Of a stretch of 64,000 nt of DNA, positions 19,231 through 28,284 are shown one piece after another. The DNA is from a virus (taxonomy: Duplodnaviria > Caudoviricetes), in IMG/VR virus record IMGVR_UViG_3300029913_000001. One strand, written 5' to 3'. Below the pieces are notes generated by a model. That model made no database searches. It had not been told where the DNA came from and saw only the letters and a program-made list of their open reading frames with translations. Numbering within the stretch: position 1 is the first letter of the stretch; each line of letters begins with the position of its first letter. The translations under genes and the position numbers were made by a program.

Positions 19231-20187
19231 ATGGCTCAACAAATTAAAAATATTTCTGCAACTCCGCAAATTAATCCATTAGCAGCATTTTTTAGAAAAC
19301 ATAAACTATCATTACATCTGCCTAGTAAAGGTAAATGGTATCCCACGGGTAGTCTAACACTCGATGAGTCGGGAGGGCTTCCTATTTTTGCAATGACAGC
19401 CGAAGATGATATTAAATTTAAAACCGGTGATGTCGCATTGTCCGGCCGTTCAACATATGATCTAATTCGTAGCTGTGCTCCGGGAATAACACAACCCGAG
19501 CTAATACCCACAATAGATGTTGATGCAATTTTACTCGCTATAAGATTTGCAAGTTACGGAGATGATTTTGATATTGAAATTTCAGTACCGAAAACTACGT
19601 TAACTCGGAAGGTTAACGTTTCACTTTTATCATTACTTGATCAGTTACCACAACGAACAGCGACATGGGATGAAGAAATTACAATAGAGGACGAAACTGG
19701 GCAGTCATTAAATCTTGTACTCAACCCAGTGCAATTAAAATATTTGTTTAGTACTTCCAAAAATATTCAAAATCAGAAACGAATTTTGACTAAGAATTTT
19801 GATTCAGAAGAAAATGTTAAGGACGAAGCGGCATTTTCCAATAGCATTACTAACCTAACAGATACTGCCATTGATCTTATTTGCAGTTGTATCAATTCAG
19901 TGAAAATTATCGATGCGCAATCTAAGATACTTCTTGAAATAAATAATTCTTCGCCACAAGATAAAGCACAAATTTCGCAACTAATTAAAAATATGGATGT
20001 TGAATATTTTAATGCTATTAAAAACCATTTAGAAGAGCAAAGAAAGAAATATGCATTTGAAATTCCTATACAAAATAGTACTGCAAATGAATTACGGGCA
20101 GGTGCGCCAAAAGAATGGACCAGTGAATTAACTTTCCAAGGCAGCAATTTCTTTCCCGAGCAGCAAAAAGGCACCGTACTTAAATGA
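19231..20187 (+). CDS. Baseplate hub assembly protein (gp26-like)
   Basis: LHLPSKGKWYP, PIFAMTAEDDI and DAILLAIRFASYG motifs. Confidence 0.8.
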   Translation: MAQQIKNISATPQINPLAAFFRKHKLSLHLPSKGKWYPTGSLTLDESGGLPIFAMTAEDDIKFKTGDVALSGRSTYDLIRSCAPGITQPELIPTIDVDAILLAIRFASYGDDFDIEISVPKTTLTRKVNVSLLSLLDQLPQRTATWDEEITIEDETGQSLNLVLNPVQLKYLFSTSKNIQNQKRILTKNFDSEENVKDEAAFSNSITNLTDTAIDLICSCINSVKIIDAQSKILLEINNSSPQDKAQISQLIKNMDVEYFNAIKNHLEEQRKKYAFEIPIQNSTANELRAGAPKEWTSELTFQGSNFFPEQQKGTVLK

Positions 20188-21200
20188 GACCACCATTTAA
20201 TCAACCAAAACTTTATACCACCCTATTGAGCGAACCGCATGGTACAAACTATGCGGTTTATTCAATGGTTGCGTTAGATGAAATCACCCGTCGAACTCCC
20301 GACGCATTATTAACCGGGGAAGCAACAAAAAAAATAATTACCCATTGCTGCCCAGACATTATCGAACCCGATAATTTATTAAGTTGCGATATTCAGCATC
20401 TATTGGCGACTATACAAATTGCTTCAACCGGCCCTAAGATAGAATTCATTGTCGCGTGCCCTAAATGCGCTAATAAAGATACGTACGAAATTAATTTATC
20501 TTTAATGATAAACTCACTAACTGCAAAATTATGGAATGAATCATTCGAAATTCCATATGAAGACCAGAGTCTCAAAATTTTTATTCATCCGCATTCTTAC
20601 AAAGAATTTAACGAGTTTTCTAAAAATGATTTTCGTTTAAAAAAGCAAATTTATCAAATTACCCAATTAGAATCTATCGACGGGTATGAAGAAATGCTAT
20701 CTTCATTGAGCACAGCCCAAAAGAATAATGTTTTAACCTATCAGTTTAATACGCTCGAAAAAATTGTTATCGACAACAATATTGTCGTTAATGAAAAACA
20801 ATATTTAGAGGAATGGTTTACCCACATTGATAGACAACTTCAAAAAAAGATAACCGATTATATTGTTTCGGCTGAAAAGCAAGCATATTTACCTGATATG
20901 AATATATCATGTCCTGCCTGCGGTAACAACTATTATTTGCCTATTGATTTAGATTTCGGAACACAATTTCGTAATAAGTTAATCGTTATGACCGAAAATG
21001 AGATTATAAGTGAAATAGAGCACATGAGTAAAGACAATAAAAAATTGTCAGATGATCTGCTTAAAATAATCTGGTATATGAGAGGATCAATTTCATATTC
21101 AGAATCCGTCTATTTAACAATAGACGATAGAACAACAATAATGGAAATCATAAAAGAGAATATTGAAACCTCAAAAAAGTGTGGTTTTCCGGTTATCTAA
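20184..21200 (+). CDS. Second gp26-like baseplate hub protein fused to a gp51-like tail
   Basis: YSMVALDEI...PDALLTGEA, CPKC and CPAC zinc motifs, then WYMRGSISYSE...IKENIETSKK. Confidence 0.7.
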   Translation: MRPPFNQPKLYTTLLSEPHGTNYAVYSMVALDEITRRTPDALLTGEATKKIITHCCPDIIEPDNLLSCDIQHLLATIQIASTGPKIEFIVACPKCANKDTYEINLSLMINSLTAKLWNESFEIPYEDQSLKIFIHPHSYKEFNEFSKNDFRLKKQIYQITQLESIDGYEEMLSSLSTAQKNNVLTYQFNTLEKIVIDNNIVVNEKQYLEEWFTHIDRQLQKKITDYIVSAEKQAYLPDMNISCPACGNNYYLPIDLDFGTQFRNKLIVMTENEIISEIEHMSKDNKKLSDDLLKIIWYMRGSISYSESVYLTIDDRTTIMEIIKENIETSKKCGFPVI

Positions 21201-21205
21201 AAATA

Positions 21206-21239
21206 AAAAAGCTAGCATAATTAATTATGCTAGCTTTTT
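21206..21239. terminator. Bidirectional terminator, perfect 34-bp palindrome
   Basis: AAAAAGCTAGCATAATT|AATTATGCTAGCTTTTT between convergent genes. Confidence 0.9.
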
Positions 21240-21263
21240 AAATCTATTTAAACAAGTTCCATA

Positions 21264-21941
21264 TTACTCCGAAACGTTTTTTGGGGTATTTTTTGCCCCC
21301 TTACGTTTAGCGGGCAGAAATGCAGCGGCCTTTTCTTCCAATGATTTTGCTTCTTCAATGAGAAAATTAGCCGTTTCCATTAATTTCTGACTATTGGTAT
21401 GAAGCTCGGCAATGAGATCGGTATTATTAGTCTGAACCAGCGGGCTAACTATTGGTAAACCACTAGCAGCATCGGCGGAAATTTTTAAATCCGACGCCGA
21501 TTCGAGTTCATTCGGTTTCTTTTGTTCTGCCTTTTTATTAATGCCGCGGCCTGCATCAAACTGCTCAAGTTTTTGCGCCGCAGCTCCACCCTCTTCAATC
21601 TTACTCAACATATCATTTAACTCGCTAAGATAGATCTTATTCCGTGAATCGGGCTGAACGAATACCTGCTTAGTCGGACGCTTCTTAAGATGGCCCTCTG
21701 TATGCAACGTTGTGAGCAAATTTCTGCCGTCAGGTAAAACCATCTTAAAAGCCTCATCCATCAAATTTTTTGCAGCCTGGCCCGCTGCACTATTAAGAAC
21801 TCGAGTGAGATGCTGCAAATAAAGTGGCGGCATCTTATCGGGATATACTACAAGGCACATATGCTCCTCGCCTGGAATTTGATGTGTCATTATGATGATG
21901 TTTTTTGCATTATCTAATCCAACATGTTTTGTAAAACTCAT
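21264..21941 (-). CDS. Hypothetical protein
   Basis: KHVG...PGEEHMCLVV...LHTEGHLKKRPT; own sigma70 promoter and AGGAG RBS. Confidence 0.7.
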   Translation of the reverse strand: MSFTKHVGLDNAKNIIIMTHQIPGEEHMCLVVYPDKMPPLYLQHLTRVLNSAAGQAAKNLMDEAFKMVLPDGRNLLTTLHTEGHLKKRPTKQVFVQPDSRNKIYLSELNDMLSKIEEGGAAAQKLEQFDAGRGINKKAEQKKPNELESASDLKISADAASGLPIVSPLVQTNNTDLIAELHTNSQKLMETANFLIEEAKSLEEKAAAFLPAKRKGAKNTPKNVSE

Positions 21942-21987
21942 TTAAATCTCCTAATATTAGTTACTTCTTGTATTCATGAATATATTA

Positions 21988-22016
21988 ATTATATGCGGCT
22001 TGTATCGAAAAGTCAA
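21988..22016 (-). promoter_or_regulatory. sigma70-type promoter
   Basis: TTGACT-17 nt-TATAAT. Confidence 0.85.
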
Positions 22017-22117
22017 GATTTATTTTTGCATTATATCGAATCACGCTGATTTTAACAACGCCACACCCAGCATGATTATTTACACCGAATATCTTAAATA
22101 TTTTGCGAGCCACACAG

Positions 22118-22145
22118 AAAACCCCACCAATATTGGTGGGGTTTT
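22118..22145 (-). terminator. Terminator, perfect 28-bp palindrome
   Basis: AAAACCCCACCAAT|ATTGGTGGGGTTTT. Confidence 0.85.
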
Positions 22146-22158
22146 GTTTGGAAAATTT

Positions 22159-23499
22159 TTACATATTCTTTAAGTCGATATATGCGTATTCACCAAAAGG
22201 TGGAACAATGTTGGGAGTAGAAATTATCCAGGTTACATCAGTGTAAAATTCATCTCCCCAGGTATTATTTGGATAGCCATCAGTGAAAACGATTAGCCTG
22301 GTTGGAACTATTCCTTCTTCCTTAAGATAATCAAAAATACTTTCGAAGGAAGTACCGCCACCACCCATAGGTTGATAGTTGCAAATATCTTCACCATTTT
22401 CGGAGGTAAAAGTTTGCGGATTTAATACCACGGTATCGAAGCAAAAAACTGTGATAGCATATTGAGGAAATTGTTGCATCATTCCATTAACTTCGGAAAG
22501 AAATTGTTGAGCTTCCTTCGAATTAATCGAACCGGACTGATCGATTGCAACAACAACGTTAAGCATTTTTTCAGTGGTAAGTCCGGGAAGAATAGCTTCC
22601 AAACCCCAACCCTTACGGCAAATTCGAGTAAAACTGTAATCAGCCGGAATCATACTATCAATCTGGCATTGCAGAAGTTCTCGCCAATCCATCTTCGGGG
22701 CCGTTAAATTCTGAATTAACCGATTGATACCGGCCGGAAGAGAACCGGCTGCGCAAAGTTTTGCCGCATTGACAATATTGTCGCGCATCTCAGCTTTGAT
22801 CTGATTACGCTCTTCATCGCTTAATTTAGCGGGACCGGATTTTGATGGTTTCCCATCCTGCCCGCCATCACCAGAACCGTCGCCCGTCTGGCTCGGATCT
22901 AAATGCTCATCCAACAACTTATCCAGCATTTCGTCTAGTGACATCTGACCAGATCCGCCACCCTGACCGCTGCCATTGTTTTTTTGCTGATTCTTTTGGA
23001 GGTCTTCGTATACGTCCTCACTCAGCCATCCACGATATTTAATATCGTGCAACCCGACATCCTGTTTAACTTTATGCGTGCGTCCGGTAACCGGGTCCTT
23101 TACTTCAACCTCTTCCGTTGGAAATTTTCCAACATTCGCTAGAATCAAATCGTCATTAACGACATAATCAGCGGCGCAATTATACAATTTCCTATTTCGA
23201 CCTTCATTTCGGCCTAAATGGTCAAAAACCAAATGACTGATTTCGTGAGCGAAAACAAACACGAGCTCATCGTTTGTTAAATTATCGACGAATCGATGGT
23301 TATAATACAAATATTTTCCATCTACCGCCATCGTGGGGCACCACTCGTCAGCAGGTTGCATTTGCAGCCGCATTGCCAACGACCCGAAAAACTTCTGCGT
23401 CCAAAGCATCCCTACGCGAGCTTGAATAATCTTCTCGTGTACACGATCTTCAACCTCTTTCGAGATTGGCTCTTTTGAAATGTTTGCCTTCTTATCCAT
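22159..23499 (-). CDS. vWA-domain protein with N-terminal metallopeptidase-like domain (DUF2201-like)
   Basis: FVFAHEISHL (HExxH), AIDQSGSI (MIDAS), GGGGTSF and VFTDGY motifs; ATG at 23499 lies just downstream of a promoter. Confidence 0.85.
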   Translation of the reverse strand: MDKKANISKEPISKEVEDRVHEKIIQARVGMLWTQKFFGSLAMRLQMQPADEWCPTMAVDGKYLYYNHRFVDNLTNDELVFVFAHEISHLVFDHLGRNEGRNRKLYNCAADYVVNDDLILANVGKFPTEEVEVKDPVTGRTHKVKQDVGLHDIKYRGWLSEDVYEDLQKNQQKNNGSGQGGGSGQMSLDEMLDKLLDEHLDPSQTGDGSGDGGQDGKPSKSGPAKLSDEERNQIKAEMRDNIVNAAKLCAAGSLPAGINRLIQNLTAPKMDWRELLQCQIDSMIPADYSFTRICRKGWGLEAILPGLTTEKMLNVVVAIDQSGSINSKEAQQFLSEVNGMMQQFPQYAITVFCFDTVVLNPQTFTSENGEDICNYQPMGGGGTSFESIFDYLKEEGIVPTRLIVFTDGYPNNTWGDEFYTDVTWIISTPNIVPPFGEYAYIDLKNM

Positions 23500-23505
23500 G
23501 ATTAA

Positions 23506-23534
23506 AGTATATTGCCTTTCCACAAAAAAGTCAA
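23506..23534 (-). promoter_or_regulatory. sigma70-type promoter
   Basis: TTGACT-17 nt-TATACT. Confidence 0.8.
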
Positions 23535-23696
23535 GAAAATTTAAGTCCTTTAAAATCAACAGACCATTAAAATACCGCCCCACGAGCGTTTATGCCATAC
23601 CCAGCCACGTTCAGACCCCTTAAGGGGCGTCGTGGGGCGTTATTTACAAAATTGCCCCTTTAAAATCAACAAGTTGCAAAGCAACTTTTATCGTTC

Positions 23697-23740
23697 AATC
23701 AACGAGCCAAGCAGGTTTAAACCTGCTTGGCTCGTTGATT
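23697..23740. terminator. Perfect 44-bp palindrome after the AAA ATPase gene
   Basis: AATCAACGAGCCAAGCAGGTTT|AAACCTGCTTGGCTCGTTGATT. Confidence 0.75.
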
Positions 23741-23748
23741 ATACCATA

Positions 23749-24960
23749 TTACCGAGTGGTTTGCAGTGCATACTTCGCAAACTTCTCAATAAACTGCGGC
23801 CAGCTCTTAAGGTTTACAAACTGATACTTTGTACCCTTAAGGGAAACGCCAAAATTAAAATTGGAAAATTCCATACGAGCCGCCATCATTCCAATTTCCA
23901 ATTCCACCTGAGTGAGAATGAAGCCGTTAAAATTATCTAGCATCTTCATCCAAGTTTTCACATCGTTGTCGTTATTCCACTTCCGATCAGCAACCTTACG
24001 GTTCGAAACCGAAATGGATGTTCCTGTAGTAACACTATTATTCGTCCAAAATTCATTCATTTCGTACAGCATACCCACAATCAACTGATAGTGAGCAGAA
24101 ATCTCTCGAGTATTAATCGTGGTAACCTTGCCGTTAAGAATATCAGACGGCTTCGGCAATCCCTTACCAACCTTCAGGTATGCCATAAAATCGGTGGCAG
24201 TACCCGCGCCCACAGCAGACGTCATGAATTCACGAATTTCCGTATCACTCAGCTTCTCCTCGTCGGGCTCGGTGGTAATCAACTGGCTCGCAAATTCATA
24301 GCTGCGCGGAGTAGGAAACGACTTGTCGGCGCTAGTTGGATCAAATTCATAGAGCTTATGCCGAAAAGTCGAAAGGAAGGAAACGATATCCGGATGAATC
24401 TTGGCAGGAATAGCCCAATCAAGCCATGAATCAAAATCGGCCTTAATTTCAAAATGAAGGAACCGGTTTGACAACGGCGCCGGCATACGGAAGGTAACAC
24501 CGCGATCTGTTTCGCGATTGCCAGCGGCGAGGACGCAAACATTATCGGGCAACGTATATGTTCCAACCTTACGGTCAAGAACAAGTTGATATGCAGCGGC
24601 TTGCACCGACGGCGGAGCGCTGTTCATCTCGTCAAGGAAAAGAATGACGATTGGAAAACCGTCGCAAAATTCCTTGGTTGGTAATTGCTCGGGAGGAGCC
24701 CAGCACATTACATTACGGCCATTTTCATCCTTTGCAGGATACGGAATGCCCTTAATGTCAGTCGGATCCATCTGGCTCAACCGAATATCAATAACAACTC
24801 CGCCGAGTTCCTTGGCGAGCGCATTGATACCGCAGGACTTTCCGAGGCCAGGGCCACCCCAAACAAACGCGGGACGCTTAACCTTAAGGCACCGCTTGAG
24901 CCGGAGAACCAGATCAGTCATGGTAAGAGCATTAGATGTGTCAGTTCGATTTGAAACCAT
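23749..24960 (-). CDS. MoxR/dynein-related AAA+ ATPase
   Basis: GGPGLGKS Walker A, ILFLDEMN Walker B, AAGNR and PLSNRF motifs. Confidence 0.9.
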   Translation of the reverse strand: MVSNRTDTSNALTMTDLVLRLKRCLKVKRPAFVWGGPGLGKSCGINALAKELGGVVIDIRLSQMDPTDIKGIPYPAKDENGRNVMCWAPPEQLPTKEFCDGFPIVILFLDEMNSAPPSVQAAAYQLVLDRKVGTYTLPDNVCVLAAGNRETDRGVTFRMPAPLSNRFLHFEIKADFDSWLDWAIPAKIHPDIVSFLSTFRHKLYEFDPTSADKSFPTPRSYEFASQLITTEPDEEKLSDTEIREFMTSAVGAGTATDFMAYLKVGKGLPKPSDILNGKVTTINTREISAHYQLIVGMLYEMNEFWTNNSVTTGTSISVSNRKVADRKWNNDNDVKTWMKMLDNFNGFILTQVELEIGMMAARMEFSNFNFGVSLKGTKYQFVNLKSWPQFIEKFAKYALQTTR

Positions 24961-24993
24961 TGTTTTTTAATCCCCTTCTTTTTGACTACTATT

Positions 24994-25022
24994 ATAGTAG
25001 CAAACTTGGGTTGATATGTCAA
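24994..25022 (-). promoter_or_regulatory. sigma70-type promoter
   Basis: TTGACA-17 nt-TACTAT. Confidence 0.75.
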
Positions 25023-25031
25023 CCGGTAATT

Positions 25032-25142
25032 TTAACGGTTTCGCGCAATTCTTTTCAGCGTACGACGAAACTTGATCTGGTGATACGCAATCGGACTCAT
25101 TAAAATGAGTGTAAACCCGAGCGGTAGCAAGTATTGAAGCAT
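25032..25142 (-). CDS. 36-aa membrane-anchored basic peptide (not in the ORF track)
   Basis: MLQYLLPLGFTLILMSPIAYHQIKFRRTLKRIARNR, preceded by AAGGAG and a sigma70 promoter. Confidence 0.55.
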   Translation of the reverse strand: MLQYLLPLGFTLILMSPIAYHQIKFRRTLKRIARNR

Positions 25143-25151
25143 CTTTTGCGT

Positions 25152-25356
25152 TCTCCTTACCAACAAATATAGTATAACGCATTCAGATCAGGATTGCAAG
25201 CATTTTTAAGTCCTTTATTTTCAACAAATAGTGGTAAATCCTTTGTTTTCAGTGTCAAAAATAATTGTTATCTTCTTTGTTTTCAGCACCCGAAAAAATT
25301 TATTTCGGTTGCGTTCGACATCGAAGTACGTTATACTATATTTGTTGGTAAGGAGA
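25152..25356. promoter_or_regulatory. Divergent sigma70 promoter pair sharing an identical 28-bp -10/leader/RBS block
   Basis: CGTTATACTATATTTGTTGGTAAGGAGA at 25329-25356 (+) and 25152-25179 (-); -35 boxes TTGCGT (25309-25314, +) and TTGCAA (25194-25199, -), each 17 nt from TATACT. Confidence 0.9.
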
Positions 25357-25361
25357 GCATA

Positions 25362-25688
25362 ATGACTGATCTCACATCACTAGCCGCTATTCACGCAACC
25401 GCGCTGGTCGCTGCCAAAACCGCTGAAGCCGAATTCCGTTTAAAATACGGAGAACCAGCATATTGCGGATTTGCGTGGGTTCATGTATCAGAAAAAGGTA
25501 GTACCCGACTAGGCAAGGCACTCATTGCTCTTGGCTTTCGTAAAGCCTACGGCGGTGGGTTGAACCTATGGAATCCTGGTGGAAGCGGATCGCAAAGTAT
25601 GGACCTCAAAGAAGAGGGCGCGAACGCGTATGCGGCAGTTTTTCAGCAAGCCGGTATTAAGGCCTACGCAAGTTCCAGAGCCGATTAA
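25362..25688 (+). CDS. Small early phage protein
   Basis: CGFAWV...KEEGANAYA...GIKAYASSRAD; ATG at 25362 after AAGGAG. Confidence 0.8.
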   Translation: MTDLTSLAAIHATALVAAKTAEAEFRLKYGEPAYCGFAWVHVSEKGSTRLGKALIALGFRKAYGGGLNLWNPGGSGSQSMDLKEEGANAYAAVFQQAGIKAYASSRAD

Positions 25689-25720
25689 CCTCAACACCGT
25701 TACTGTAAGGGAGTGATAAA

Positions 25721-25924
25721 ATGCAGATCGAAAAAGGACCGCTATTCGCTGGATCTCGGAGGTACGCTAAAAATATATACCGAATCGAAAACGGCCTTTG
25801 CACCGGATGTGGCTACAGGCCATGCCGCTGTAAACTATCAGCAGGACGAAGGCGCAGCAGAGCGCAATGGAAGTTGCTCACCCCTGTAGAAGCTTTCCGT
25901 GCGCTTTGTAAGAGGCTGTCTTAA
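25721..25924 (+). CDS. Small hypothetical early protein
   Basis: AGGGAG RBS; CxxCxxxxC motif. Confidence 0.55.
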   Translation: MQIEKGPLFAGSRRYAKNIYRIENGLCTGCGYRPCRCKLSAGRRRSRAQWKLLTPVEAFRALCKRLS

Positions 25925-25989
25925 TAATTTAATTGCTAGGCGAGATCCTATTTTCACGCCGGTATAACAAACATTTTCGGAGGAAAGCA

Positions 25990-26163
25990 ATGGCATCGAA
26001 AGCAGCAGAAAAACAACCCGATTTAAATGAGATGGTCAATGAATGGGTCGGCAGACTTTGTATCGCAATTGGCAAGGGCAACTTCCGTGACGAGGTTTCT
26101 CTCATGTTGCAATACGGAATGAACATTGGTTATGATCAGGGCCAACGTCACCCAAAAAAGTAA
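25990..26163 (+). CDS. Small hypothetical early protein
   Basis: GGAGG RBS before ATG at 25990 (MASKAAEKQ). Confidence 0.55.
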   Translation: MASKAAEKQPDLNEMVNEWVGRLCIAIGKGNFRDEVSLMLQYGMNIGYDQGQRHPKK

Positions 26164-26194
26164 TCGGGTTTTCAACCTTTTTTCGGAGAAAAAT

Positions 26195-26353
26195 ATGAAT
26201 TTTTCGGCATGGCTTGTGGTAGCGTCAACGTTGTTTTTTCAGGACCAAAATAAGAAGCCCAGCATTAATTCCGAGCAATATGCGGATGCGCTTCGAAATT
26301 ATTGGGATGGTATTACCGCCGAACATCAATCTCTGTTGTGGAGAAATGCATGA
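26195..26353 (+). CDS. Small hypothetical protein
   Basis: GGAG RBS before MNFSAWLVV; stop overlaps the next start. Confidence 0.4.
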   Translation: MNFSAWLVVASTLFFQDQNKKPSINSEQYADALRNYWDGITAEHQSLLWRNA

Positions 26354-26529
26354 TTGCAAAGCCGAATACTGTTGTTGGTGAGTTAGCCATTTGCTCCAAT
26401 TGTGGGCGTGGATTGCACTGGATAGAAAAATATCGAATCTGGGTTCATCTGAGCAATGATAGCCATTATTGCACTCGGGAACCGTACAATTTTGAACCCG
26501 AAATATCTAGCAGCGAGGAGGCAGAGTGA
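26348..26529 (+). CDS. Small zinc-ribbon-like protein
   Basis: CSNCG...HYC; start about 26350 (MIAKPNTV). Confidence 0.45.
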
Positions 26530-26714
26530 AGGAATTTACAGATACCGAACGGCTTGACTGGGTGATGAACCATACGGGAGCGGAATGGGATTTCACATGG
26601 CAAACTGAAAACCATTGGATTCGATATTTTTCAGAAAGTTATTGGCATGTCGCAGAGGGAAAAAACTATCGAGAATGTATTGATAGTATTTTAAGAGGCG
26701 AAGTAAAAAATTAA
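26526..26714 (+). CDS. Small hypothetical protein
   Basis: GAGGAG RBS, GTGA overlap; DTERLDW...YRECID. Confidence 0.55.
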   Translation: MKEFTDTERLDWVMNHTGAEWDFTWQTENHWIRYFSESYWHVAEGKNYRECIDSILRGEVKN

Positions 26715-26734
26715 ATTTTTAAATATCTTATAGC

Positions 26735-26766
26735 AAAAAGCCCACATTTTAAAATGTGGGCTTTTT
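26735..26766. terminator. Bidirectional terminator, perfect 32-bp palindrome
   Basis: AAAAAGCCCACATTTT|AAAATGTGGGCTTTTT. Confidence 0.9.
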
Positions 26767-26768
26767 CG

Positions 26769-27422
26769 TTATGAATGACTGATTCCAGGAATGCATTGCG
26801 CTTTAAAAAATTCTCGTTCGTCATTAGCTATCGAGCTGTCTTCATACCAAGGAAGATGTTCAATTACATAGGGAAAATCTAACCTTACATGCCCGGCAGG
26901 CGGCCACTTTGCCCAGCCTGGCTCATACATTGCAAATGTAGTGTCTATTGCAGCACGCCAACAATCGCCTTCTTTAGTTCGAGTATCCCAATACTTACCT
27001 TCACTAATTAGCATTTCTTGTTTCTTTGCATAATGCGCAGGAAGATTATCGATTCGAATAGCCGGTCCAACTTTAATAGGAGCATATCTATCGGCAACTT
27101 CGTTCATTTTCCTTACTAAATCTTTCGGACAATTTGCATCGGGGACAACATCGGGATCGGTAACAATATAACGAGAAGTTTGAATCGGAGACAACCCTAA
27201 ATGCCAAAATGCATCTTGACCCAAATTTTTCTTTCGATTCAAAACCAATAAATTACTTTCATCATAATATTTCAATAAGGGTTCCCAGGTCGATGCATTG
27301 TCAATCACTGCAATTTGAGTCATTCCCGCCGAATGCAACCAATCAACCAATTTTCGAAACCCACGTTCTAAATTATTAAAATTTGTAATATAAATAGGAG
27401 TTGCTTTCCAATCAGTTATCAT
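26769..27422 (-). CDS. GT2-like glycosyltransferase
   Basis: VIDNAST, KNLG, YIVTDPD (DxD) and IDTTFAMY motifs. Confidence 0.7.
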   Translation of the reverse strand: MITDWKATPIYITNFNNLERGFRKLVDWLHSAGMTQIAVIDNASTWEPLLKYYDESNLLVLNRKKNLGQDAFWHLGLSPIQTSRYIVTDPDVVPDANCPKDLVRKMNEVADRYAPIKVGPAIRIDNLPAHYAKKQEMLISEGKYWDTRTKEGDCWRAAIDTTFAMYEPGWAKWPPAGHVRLDFPYVIEHLPWYEDSSIANDEREFFKAQCIPGISHS

Positions 27423-27910
27423 TCACTTTCCTCAGTATATTCGAACTCTAAATCAAGCTTTTCTACTACAAAGTCATCTAATTTAATTTTAAAATCAGGT
27501 AACGTTTTAGGAATATCTCCCTCATAATTTTTAGCAACAGAAATATGAGGAATATATTCCGCAAAATCATATGTTGCACCCATATCTTTGGATGCATTAA
27601 AAATAGTTGTCAGCTCCGAATCTTCTAATTTTAGAACTAGCAAATGATCTTTCCCAAAAATTTCCCAACCGATAGGATTAACATTAATAGGAACTTCTGG
27701 ATTAAGATTGGCTAGCTCTGGCACTGGCTTACGAGAATAAACAATAGTTACATGATATTCGCTAGGATCCACCAAATTCTCAAAATTCTTCTCTTTTAAC
27801 CAAGCCGATAATTTATTACGAGACTTATCGGATAATGTCATCTTAGCATAGGTACCCGACGTGGGTTCTTTCTGTTCCTCTTCCATTAAAAAATCACTAA
27901 ACAATTTCAT
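27419..27910 (-). CDS. acb1: Acb1/gp57B-like 2H phosphoesterase (anti-CBASS candidate)
   Basis: GTYA..., YHVTIVYSR, GATYDFAEYIPHISV parallel the T4 Acb1 motifs HSTICYSR and GATHDFDDYTPHITL as I recall them. Confidence 0.8.
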   Translation of the reverse strand: MKLFSDFLMEEEQKEPTSGTYAKMTLSDKSRNKLSAWLKEKNFENLVDPSEYHVTIVYSRKPVPELANLNPEVPINVNPIGWEIFGKDHLLVLKLEDSELTTIFNASKDMGATYDFAEYIPHISVAKNYEGDIPKTLPDFKIKLDDFVVEKLDLEFEYTEESE

Positions 27911-27915
27911 ATTCG

Positions 27916-28284
27916 TTATACGTATCCTCTTGCAAAATTTTCGATATCATCCTGAAATTTAAAAAGCAAAGCAATCTGTTCATCAGCAATATATAAAATC
28001 GAATCTGTTGATTTTCCGTAAAAATAATGAGGGGAAGGCATTCGAGTTAACCCGATAAGAAGAGCGGCGGTCCATGTAATACCTAGCGGTATACTAAATT
28101 CGTAAAAGGAAATTTTGGCTTCGCGAAAACGTTCAAATCCTTTTTCACTTAATCGCATACTACTATTATTTCCAATACGATGCCACCAAAATTTATCTTC
28201 GCCATATGGCAATTCGATGCCAGTACGGCGCAAATATCCACGATATACTTTAGCAGTCCATTCGTCTTTTGTTAATAAACTCAT
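27916..28284 (-). CDS. Hypothetical protein
   Basis: Intact ORF in operon (WW...N...MRLSEKG...MPSPHY). Confidence 0.65.
   Translation of the reverse strand: MSLLTKDEWTAKVYRGYLRRTGIELPYGEDKFWWHRIGNNSSMRLSEKGFERFREAKISFYEFSIPLGITWTAALLIGLTRMPSPHYFYGKSTDSILYIADEQIALLFKFQDDIENFARGYV

Noticed and set aside
23499-23700. ORF-track extensions (22159-23583, 23632-23940, 25194-25688, 60342-60947)
   Set aside because: They run through promoters or palindromes; downstream ATGs with RBS or promoter support are better starts.
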